Source: Corallococcus soli
Lineage (GTDB): Bacteria; Myxococcota; Myxococcia; Myxococcales; Myxococcaceae
Assembly (NCBI RefSeq): GCF_014930455.1
Contig: NZ_JAAIYO010000008.1
Coordinates: forward strand, 224,367 to 288,366
DNA: 64,000 nucleotides
Direction: 5' to 3'
The notes below the pieces were generated by a model. It did no database searches. It was not told where the DNA came from and worked only from the letters and a program-made list of their open reading frames with translations. A program made the translations under genes and the position numbers. Shown here piece after piece: positions 43,890 to 51,769 of this stretch. The first letter of the stretch is position 1. The number at the start of each line of letters is the position of its first letter.

Positions 43890-44945
43890 TCAGGGCTGTT
43901 CGCCGGCCAGTGAGCGGATGGCGGAGGTGATGTCCGCCTGCTGCGGCACCGACGCCATCTCCAGCGCGTCCGCCAGGCCGATGCCCGGGATGAACTTGCC
44001 GGCCACCAGCCGGGGCGGCGCGAGCAGCGAGTAGAACAACTCCTCCACCGTGCGCCGGACCAGGTGCTCGCCGAAGTTCGTGACCTCGGTGTCCTCGTTC
44101 ACGAACAGGACGCGGCCCGTCTTCTGGACGGACGCCTTGATGAGCTCCCAGTCGTAGGGCCACAGCGAGCGCAGGTCGATGACCTCCACGCTGAAGCCGT
44201 CCTCCTTGAGCTGATCGGCGGCCTTCGCGCACAGGGGCAGGGTGCGGCCGTAGCTGACCACGGTGACCTGGGCGCCCTCGCGCACCACCTTGCCCTTGCC
44301 GATGGGCACGGAGAACGCCTCCAGCGTCGGCCACTGGGGCTTCCACTGCGAGCGGTCCCCCAGCGGCGCGTCGATGAGCTTCGACAGCGCGCGGTCGTCG
44401 TCGGGCTCGCCCGGGATGCGCTCGTCGCCCTTGACGCGCAGCAGCGCCTTGGGCTCCAGGAACATGACGGGGTTCGGGTCCTGGCACGCGGAGATGAGCA
44501 GCCCGTATGCGTCCAGCGGCGTGGAGGGCATCACCACCTTCCAGCCGGGGATGTGGGTCATCGTCGCGTCGAAGGAATGCGAGTGGTACATGGACCCGCG
44601 GATGCCGCTGCCCACCGGCGTGCGCACCACCATGGGCAGGTTCCAGTCACCGTTCGTCGCCCAGTGCGTGTTGCCCGCGATCTTCAGCAGGTCGATGGTG
44701 TTGTAGATGTAGTCGCAGAACTGGATCTCCGCGACCGGGCGGTTGCCCGCCATCGCCAGGCCCATGGCCGCGCCGATGATGCCGCGCTCGTCCAGGGGGC
44801 TGTTCCACGCCGTCTTCAGGCCCTGCGTGCAGGTGAAGACGCCGCCCAGCGGGGCGCCCACGTCCTCGCCGAAGATGTCGGTGACGCCCAGGTTCTCCTC
44901 GGCGTAGTGAAGGGCCATGCGGATGGCCTGTGCCATGTTCGCCAT
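43890..44945 (-). CDS. 2-oxo-acid (branched-chain keto-acid) dehydrogenase E1 component, beta subunit
   Basis: Transketolase-like pyrimidine-binding and C-terminal domains; 351 aa. It lies directly downstream of the E1 alpha gene, with a 3-bp gap. Confidence 0.9.
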   Translation of the reverse strand: MANMAQAIRMALHYAEENLGVTDIFGEDVGAPLGGVFTCTQGLKTAWNSPLDERGIIGAAMGLAMAGNRPVAEIQFCDYIYNTIDLLKIAGNTHWATNGDWNLPMVVRTPVGSGIRGSMYHSHSFDATMTHIPGWKVVMPSTPLDAYGLLISACQDPNPVMFLEPKALLRVKGDERIPGEPDDDRALSKLIDAPLGDRSQWKPQWPTLEAFSVPIGKGKVVREGAQVTVVSYGRTLPLCAKAADQLKEDGFSVEVIDLRSLWPYDWELIKASVQKTGRVLFVNEDTEVTNFGEHLVRRTVEELFYSLLAPPRLVAGKFIPGIGLADALEMASVPQQADITSAIRSLAGEQP

Positions 44946-44947
44946 GG

Positions 44948-45955
44948 TTATTTCTTCTCCGCGTAGATGTGGTCCCAGATGCTGTCGCCAGAGGGTTGCG
45001 GTTCATCCCGCACGGTGCGCGCCGCCGCCGCCAGCTCCTCGCTGTAGCGGTTGCGCACCTCCTCCATCTGCTCCCGGCTGAGGACGCCTTCCTGCTCCAG
45101 GCGGGCCTCGAACAGGCGCAGGCAGTCCTGCTCCTCGTTGACGAAGTTCGCGCCGGACGCGGACGAGTGCCCGTACAGGCGCGACACCCGCGCTTCGATG
45201 AAGTACGGCTTGCGCTCCTTGCGCACGTACTCCATCGCCGTCTGGAGCTCCTGGTAGGACTCCACCGGATCGTTCCCGTTGATGGTCTTCGCCGGGATGT
45301 TGAAGGCGCGCGCGCGGTCGCTGATGTTCGTCTCGCCGTGCTGGCCGTCGGCGGTGGTGGAGATGCCCCACTTGTTGTTGGTGACGATGATCAGGATGGG
45401 CAGCGGGTTGGCGGGGCGGCTGCTCCACACCAGGCAGGTGGGGAAGTCACCCTCGGCCGTGCCCGCGTCGCCGCCGGTGACGATGGTGATGGCATCGCCG
45501 CCGTGGCGCTTCTGGGCCATCGCCGTGCCCGGCGCGATGGAGTACTGCACTTCGATGGGCGACGTGATGGGTGCGATGTTCTTCGAGCGCCGCGTGAAGT
45601 GGCCCGCGAAGTTGCGGCCGCCGGAGTAGGGGTCCGTGGCGGTGTTCTTCATCTGCCGCAGCGCCCCGATGGGCTCCTCGCCCATGGCCAGCAGCGTCGC
45701 GGACTGCCGGTAGTGCGCGTGCAGGTAGTCGTAGTCCAGGCCCTCGCCCACCTTCATGAGCATGCCCAGGGGGACGTTGAACGCCTCCTCACCGGGGCCG
45801 CCAATCCAGAAGTAGCCGTGGCCCTGCTTGTACATCTGGATGAGGCGCTCCTCGAGGACGCGCGCCTTCACCATCAGGTCGTGGATGCGGATGAGCTGCT
45901 CTCGGGCGAGCGAAAGCGGCGCGGAGTTTTCTTTGATCAGCCGGGGCCGTGACAC
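44948..45955 (-). CDS. 2-oxo-acid (branched-chain keto-acid) dehydrogenase E1 component, alpha subunit
   Basis: TPP-binding motif GDGATAEGDF and the E1-alpha phosphorylation-loop region YRYGHSSA-like (LYGHSSASGAN). Confidence 0.9.
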   Translation of the reverse strand: MSRPRLIKENSAPLSLAREQLIRIHDLMVKARVLEERLIQMYKQGHGYFWIGGPGEEAFNVPLGMLMKVGEGLDYDYLHAHYRQSATLLAMGEEPIGALRQMKNTATDPYSGGRNFAGHFTRRSKNIAPITSPIEVQYSIAPGTAMAQKRHGGDAITIVTGGDAGTAEGDFPTCLVWSSRPANPLPILIIVTNNKWGISTTADGQHGETNISDRARAFNIPAKTINGNDPVESYQELQTAMEYVRKERKPYFIEARVSRLYGHSSASGANFVNEEQDCLRLFEARLEQEGVLSREQMEEVRNRYSEELAAAARTVRDEPQPSGDSIWDHIYAEKK

Positions 45956-46309
45956 GCGCGGAGGACCTCGAAAAAGGGGAAAGGGAAGGCCCCTATACTC
46001 CGAACGCGGCCCTCCGACTCAAGGACCTGCGCGCAACGGTGTTCTCCGCCCCCCGTTCAGCCCCCGGTGGCGCGACGCGGCAATGAGCACAACTCATCCA
46101 TCCCCCCCACCGGGCGCCCGGGTCCCCCCACGGCCCCACGCTTAGTCCGGGTGGAAGACACGGGGAGCGGCCGGCTGCCCGGCCGGGGAGGGGCAGGGCG
46201 GATCCGTGGAAACGGCTGGAAGGTGGGCTCCTCGCGTCAATGAGGAAGTGCGATAGAGTCCGCGCCGCCCCGCCCGTGTATCCCCCCAGCGGGCCTCCCC
46301 AGGTGTGCC

Positions 46310-48115
46310 TTGTCCCGTACGAACACGCGCTTGAACCCCGCGCCTGATGCCCCTGATGCGTCCCCGGACGCGACGGCGGGGGCCACCCCGCCGCCTCCCC
46401 CCGAGTACACCGGCACCCATTCCCGGGAGCTGACCGTCCTGCCCGGGGAGCACACGGCCACCCGGATGACGGGGGCGGTGGGGCTGCCGCAGGCGGACGG
46501 CACGCACACGCTCATCGCGCCGCTGGAAGCGGGCGAGCTGCCCAACGTAGCGGCCATCCGCGGGCTGCGGTTGGATCAACTGCTGCTGCTGACCACCGGG
46601 GCGCTGGTCATCATCATCGTGGGCCTGCTGGCGGCGCTGTCGGCGAAGACGACGGAGTCGCAGCTCACGGAGGCGTCGGACCGCTTCACGCAGCGGCTGC
46701 AGTCCCAGGCGCGCGAGCTGGGTCAGACGGTGAGCCACACCCTGGCGCTCACCTCCGCCACCAGCCTGCGGGACAACAACTACGCGTTCCTCACGGAGGT
46801 GGCGCGCTCCATCATCGCGGACAACCGCAACATCCTGCGCGTGCAGATGTTCGACGCGGACTCGCAGCTCGTCGCGGACAGCGACCCGGCCGCGAAGCTG
46901 GGCTCCGCCTCCGGGGGCCGCACCGCGGAGCGCCGCTGGGCCAGCGCCTTCTTCAACGGCCAGCCCGTCTTCGAGTTCCAGGAGCCGCTCGACTACGGCG
47001 CCCAGGCCGGCAAGGGCGTGGTCGTCATCAGCTACTCGCTGGAGGAGCTGCAGAAGCAGCTGCACGAACTGGAGGAGGCCAACCGCGCCGCGGTGCGCGC
47101 CAACACCCTGCGCATCGTGGGTCTGGGCCTGGGCTTCGTGGTGCTGGCGGGCGTGCTGGCCGCGTACCAGAGCCGCCGCATCACCAAGCCGCTGGGCGTG
47201 CTCACCCACCGCGTGATGCAGCTTGCCGCCGGTGACCTGGGCGCCCGCGCGGGCACGGCGCCGGGCGCGGGCCGCGAGGTGACGACGCTGGGCGTGGTGT
47301 TCAACCACATGGCCGAGCGCATCAAGGTGCTGCTGGAGGACGTGCGCGCCAAGGCGCAGCTGGAGCGCGAGGTGTCGCTCGCGCGCACGGTGCAGGAGAC
47401 GCTGCTGCCCGGCCGCGACGCCGTGACGGTGGGGCCCCTGCGGCTCGCGGGCCTCGTGGTGCCGGCGGACGCGTGCGGCGGCGACTGGTGGTTCCGCGCC
47501 GCGCTGGATGACCGGCGCGTCGTCATCGGCATCGGGGACGTGACGGGCCACGGCCTGTCCACGTCATTGGTGGCCACCAGCGCCACCAGCGGCTTCGCGT
47601 CCGCCATGACGCTGCGCGAGCCGTCGCAGGTGCACGCGCAGATGCTGATCACCGCGCTCAACGTGACGCTGGCCAACGTGGGCCGGGGCGAGCACCAGAT
47701 GTCCAGCGCGCTGGCGGTCATCGACGTCTACAACGGGCAGATCGACTACGCGGCGGGCGGACACCCCGCGGCGGCCGTGTTCAACCGGACCACCGGGCAG
47801 ATGGCCTCCCTGCCGGCGCGCGGCCCGCTGCTGGGCGCGAACGTCGCGTCGGAGTTCACCTCGCGCCAGGCGCAGCTGCGGCCCGGCGACATCGTGGTCT
47901 GGTACACGGACGGCCTCACCGAGGCACGCGACGGCGCCAACCGCCTGTACGGCACGCAGCGGCTGGCCGCCGCGCTCCAGGCCAACGCCCACCTCCCCGC
48001 CGACGCCCTGCGCGACGCGCTCCTCGCGGACGTGCGCGCCTTCAGCGCCGGCCAGCCCCAGCGCGACGACATCACCGTCATCGTCGCTGAATTCAGTCCC
48101 GCCCCCTCGCCGTGA
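46310..48115 (+). CDS. Membrane-bound HAMP plus PP2C/SpoIIE-family Ser/Thr phosphatase
   Basis: Transmembrane segments, a HAMP helix, and then a PP2C core (GGDWWF, VVIGIGDVTGHG, VVWYTDGLTEA). Confidence 0.8.
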   Translation: MSRTNTRLNPAPDAPDASPDATAGATPPPPPEYTGTHSRELTVLPGEHTATRMTGAVGLPQADGTHTLIAPLEAGELPNVAAIRGLRLDQLLLLTTGALVIIIVGLLAALSAKTTESQLTEASDRFTQRLQSQARELGQTVSHTLALTSATSLRDNNYAFLTEVARSIIADNRNILRVQMFDADSQLVADSDPAAKLGSASGGRTAERRWASAFFNGQPVFEFQEPLDYGAQAGKGVVVISYSLEELQKQLHELEEANRAAVRANTLRIVGLGLGFVVLAGVLAAYQSRRITKPLGVLTHRVMQLAAGDLGARAGTAPGAGREVTTLGVVFNHMAERIKVLLEDVRAKAQLEREVSLARTVQETLLPGRDAVTVGPLRLAGLVVPADACGGDWWFRAALDDRRVVIGIGDVTGHGLSTSLVATSATSGFASAMTLREPSQVHAQMLITALNVTLANVGRGEHQMSSALAVIDVYNGQIDYAAGGHPAAAVFNRTTGQMASLPARGPLLGANVASEFTSRQAQLRPGDIVVWYTDGLTEARDGANRLYGTQRLAAALQANAHLPADALRDALLADVRAFSAGQPQRDDITVIVAEFSPAPSP

Positions 48116-50637
48116 TGAACCGCATGCGCCCATTCCCCCGCTCCCCGCGCCGCGCCTCCACCGCGCTCGTCCTGCTGGCCACGCTGGCCGGCCCGCCGAC
48201 GGCGCTCGCGCAGTTCCGTCCTCCGCCCGCCACGGAGGCCCAGCGCCTCTCGGAGCAGGGGGACCAGGCGCTCGTGTCCGCCAGCGCCGCCACCGCCAAG
48301 GGTGACAAGAAGGAGGCGGAGGAGAAGTTCAGCCGGGCGCTCCAGCTCTTCGAGCAGGCCCTGGCCCAGGATCCGCAGTCCGTCGCGGCCGCCGCGGGCC
48401 TGGGCAACGCGGCCAACGCGGTCCAGGACTTCCAGCGCACGGCGGCGCGGCTGCAGCCCGTCTTCGCAAAGCACCCCGGGGAGCTGTCGCTGGCGTATCC
48501 GCTGGGCACGGCGTACTTCAAGCTGCGCCGCTTCGCCGAAGCGGTGCCGGTGCTGGAGCAGGTGGCGGCGGCGGATCAGCCGGACCACCTCATCGTCCAC
48601 TACTACCTGGCCAGCTACTACCTGTACGCGCAGGACGGGAACCGGGCGGTGACGCGGCTGCAGCGCTACCTGGCCCTGCGCCCGGAGAAGCTCGCCGGCA
48701 ACGACTTCCAGATCCATGAGCTGCTGGGCAAGGCGCACCTGCTGCGCCGGGACACGCCCGCCGCGCGCGCCGCCTTCGAGAAGTCCCAGGCGGGCCGCCA
48801 GGAGTCCGCGCCCGCGCAGATCGGCCTGGCCGCCGTGCTGGAGATGGAAGGCCGCGTGCCGGAAGCCCGCGCGCTGCTGGAGCGGCTGGTGACGAAGTTC
48901 CCGCAGGTCGCGGAGCCGAAGGAGCGCCTCGCGCGCCTGTACCTGTCCGCCGGGGACGTGCCTCGCGCGGAGGCCCAGGCGCTGGCCCTGGTGAAGCTGG
49001 GGGGCACGCCCGCCGCGCACCTGCTGCTGGGCGACGTGCGGCTCGCGCAGAAGCAGCCCGCGCAGGCGGAGACCGAGTTCCGCAAGGTGCTGCAGCTGCA
49101 GCCGGGCCTGCTGATGGGGCAGATCGCGGTGGGCAAGGCGCTCCAGGCGCAGTCGCGTCACGAGGAGGCCATCCAGTTCCTGGAGACGGCGGTGAAGGCC
49201 GGCGGCGGCAGCCTGGAGCTGTGGGCCACGCTGGGCTCCGTCAACCGCCGCGCCGGCCGCTTCCAGCGCGCGGTGGAGGTGCACCGGCGCGTGGTGGAGA
49301 TGGCGCCGCGTCAGGCCCTGGGCTGGATGCTGCTGGGGGCGGATCACTTCGCCACCGGCCAGTGGGATCAGGCCATCGAGGACTACAGCGGCGCGCTCCA
49401 GGTGGAGCCCAACCACCCCGGCGCGAAGCAGTGGCTGGCCCGGGCGCTGGCCCACCGCGCCAGGGATCGCGCCGGCACGCAGCGCATGGACGACGCCATG
49501 CGGGACCTGCGCCGCGCGTACGACCTGGATCGCTCCGTGCCCATGGCCCGCCGCCTGGGCGCGGTGCTGCTGGACAGCCGTCAGTTCGCGGAGGCCCGCA
49601 AGGTGATGGAGGGCGCCGTGACGCTGCCGGGCGCGACCTGGCGCGAGCACCTGCTGTTGGGCTACGCCCGGCTGGGCAGCGGGGACGCGCAGGCCGCGCT
49701 CGCCGCGTTCACCCAGTCCGCTGAAGCCACTCAGGAGCCGGATCAGCGCGCGGAGGCGTCCGCGGGCGCCGCGCTCGCGGAGGTGGAGCTGGGCCAGGTG
49801 GACGCCGCGGTGCAGCGGCTGTCGGACGCGGGTCCGTCCAGGTCCGCCGCGAAGGTGGCGGAGGCGAACCTGCCGCGCGTGCTGGTGCGCCGGGCCCTGG
49901 CGAAGCTGGAGGCCGGTGACGCCGCCGCGGCCCACCGCGACCTGGACGCGGTGGACCGGCTGGGCACGGGCAAGCGCACGGACCTGGCGAAGCTCGCGGG
50001 CTTCGCCCGGGCGCTCGCGCGCGCGGAGGAGGGGAGGTTCGCGGAGGCCTCGTCCGGGCTGAAGCGCGCGCTCTCCCCCGCGCCGGCCTGGGCCTGGCCC
50101 AACACGCGGGCCCTCGCGGATTCATGGGTGCTGTACCGCCAGGGGAAGGTGGCGCCGGCGCGCAAGCTGCTCACCACCGCCCAGAAGAAGCCCATGCCCG
50201 GGCAGCCCCGCTGGATGGGGGCCCTCACCGGCGCGCTGCTGCGCCGCGAGGCGGCGCTCGCGTACGCCTCCGGGAACATGAAGGCGTCGCAGAAGGCGCT
50301 GAAGGCCGCGCTCGCCGCGACGCCCGACGACGCGCTCGTGCAGCACAACCTGGCGTGCGTGGACTGGCGCCAGGGGAACACGTCCGGCGCGCTGGCGACG
50401 TGGAAGCGCCTGGAGCCGAGCGTGGCCGTCGCCGCGCTCAACCTGGGCATCGACGCGCAGGAGCGCCGCCATGAGCCCGCGGAGGCCGTGGAGGCCTGGC
50501 GCCGCTACCTGGCGGCGGGCGCGGGCCCCCGCGCCGCCCAGGTGCGGGAGTGGAAGGATCGCCTGCAGGGACTCTACGGTCTGGGGGACGCTTCGGGCGC
50601 CGCCCCGGCCGGGGTCACCGCGGAGGAGACGCCGTGA
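48112..50637 (+). CDS. Secreted TPR-repeat protein
   Basis: Signal peptide MMNRMRPFPRSPRRASTALVLLATLAGPPTALAQ, followed by more than 15 TPR-like helical repeats. Its ATG overlaps the phosphatase stop (ATGA). Confidence 0.75.
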   Translation: MMNRMRPFPRSPRRASTALVLLATLAGPPTALAQFRPPPATEAQRLSEQGDQALVSASAATAKGDKKEAEEKFSRALQLFEQALAQDPQSVAAAAGLGNAANAVQDFQRTAARLQPVFAKHPGELSLAYPLGTAYFKLRRFAEAVPVLEQVAAADQPDHLIVHYYLASYYLYAQDGNRAVTRLQRYLALRPEKLAGNDFQIHELLGKAHLLRRDTPAARAAFEKSQAGRQESAPAQIGLAAVLEMEGRVPEARALLERLVTKFPQVAEPKERLARLYLSAGDVPRAEAQALALVKLGGTPAAHLLLGDVRLAQKQPAQAETEFRKVLQLQPGLLMGQIAVGKALQAQSRHEEAIQFLETAVKAGGGSLELWATLGSVNRRAGRFQRAVEVHRRVVEMAPRQALGWMLLGADHFATGQWDQAIEDYSGALQVEPNHPGAKQWLARALAHRARDRAGTQRMDDAMRDLRRAYDLDRSVPMARRLGAVLLDSRQFAEARKVMEGAVTLPGATWREHLLLGYARLGSGDAQAALAAFTQSAEATQEPDQRAEASAGAALAEVELGQVDAAVQRLSDAGPSRSAAKVAEANLPRVLVRRALAKLEAGDAAAAHRDLDAVDRLGTGKRTDLAKLAGFARALARAEEGRFAEASSGLKRALSPAPAWAWPNTRALADSWVLYRQGKVAPARKLLTTAQKKPMPGQPRWMGALTGALLRREAALAYASGNMKASQKALKAALAATPDDALVQHNLACVDWRQGNTSGALATWKRLEPSVAVAALNLGIDAQERRHEPAEAVEAWRRYLAAGAGPRAAQVREWKDRLQGLYGLGDASGAAPAGVTAEETP

Positions 50638-51554
50638 AGACGCCATCCGTTGTCGCGCACCGCGGCCTCATGCTCGCCGCCGTGCTGTTCCTGAGTGCCT
50701 CCCCCGCGTCCGCGGCGCCGAAGAAGGCGACCCTGGGCGTGTTCCTCGCCACCACGCTGTCGGACGGTCAGGAGCGCTTCCAGTACGCCGAATCGCTCGC
50801 CCAGAAGCTGGAGTCGGGCCTGGGCCGCCCCGTCGCCGCCCGCAGCTTCGGCCGCTACGAGGACTTCTCCAAGGCGGTGGGGGAGGGGCTCATCGACTTC
50901 GCCGTGGTGGACGCGTGGGCCGCGGTCCAGCTGGGCGCCAAGGCCCAGCCCGTGGCGTACGCGCCGCGCGCCGGTGAGACGCAGCAGCGCTGGGCCATCA
51001 TCTCCACCCAGAAGGGCTCCGTGAAGGACCTGGCCGGCAAGCGCATGGCGCTGGTCAAGGGCGCGGGCCCCGCGGATCCGAAGTTCGTCTCCCACGTCGT
51101 CCTGGGCGGCGACCTGGATGCCCAGAAGCACTTCAAGCTGGTGCCGGTGCCCAACGTGGAGTCGGCGGTGAAGATGCTGGAGGCCAGGGGCGCGGAGGCC
51201 GCGCTCGTGCCGGTGGCGCATGCTCCCAAGGATCTGCGCGTGCTGTTCCGCAGCGGCCGGGTGCCGGGCGCCGTGCTGGTGGAACTCAAGGGCGCGGGCG
51301 ACACGCTCTCCCAGTCCCTGTCCGCCGTGGGCGCGGTGGCCCCCTTCGACGCCTTCACGGCCATTCCGGGGCGCGAGTTCGAGGACTTCCGGAGGCTCGT
51401 GACGCAGGGCCCGCCGCGCCGCCAGCCCGTGTTCGCGGACACCCCCGACCTGCGCGTGGAGACCCCGGTGCTCGTGCAATCCGAGTCCCTGGGCCCCGCG
51501 CTGCCGCCGTTCACGGAGGACCTGGCCGTCTCCTCCGAACAGCCGGACGACTGA
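50634..51554 (+). CDS. Periplasmic substrate-binding protein (PhnD/SsuA-like)
   Basis: The GTG start overlaps the TPR gene stop (GTGA). It has a signal peptide (LMLAAVLFLSASPASAAP) and a PhnD-like fold signature (GLIDFAVVDAWA). Confidence 0.65.
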   Translation: MKTPSVVAHRGLMLAAVLFLSASPASAAPKKATLGVFLATTLSDGQERFQYAESLAQKLESGLGRPVAARSFGRYEDFSKAVGEGLIDFAVVDAWAAVQLGAKAQPVAYAPRAGETQQRWAIISTQKGSVKDLAGKRMALVKGAGPADPKFVSHVVLGGDLDAQKHFKLVPVPNVESAVKMLEARGAEAALVPVAHAPKDLRVLFRSGRVPGAVLVELKGAGDTLSQSLSAVGAVAPFDAFTAIPGREFEDFRRLVTQGPPRRQPVFADTPDLRVETPVLVQSESLGPALPPFTEDLAVSSEQPDD

Positions 51555-51769
51555 ACCTGGAAGGACTGATCCGTGAGCGTACCTGGGGACGACTCACGGG
51601 ATTTGCCTGCATCGGAGGCCACGACTTGGCCCCGGTCGAAGGACTGCGGTAGCGTCCCGTCTTGAGCGCTATCGTTCAGGGTTGGAAGTTCGCCCGTTGG
51701 AACGATTGTCAGGCGCATCGGCTTTGAACCGGGGCGTACAGGACCGTTGAAGGCGCTCTGATTTCCCTC

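Noticed and set aside
51555-51769. Cobalamin riboswitch upstream of the TonB-dependent receptor
   Set aside because: I looked for a B12-box-like GCCACTG core and the conserved stem pattern and did not find them. Only generic repeats were seen.
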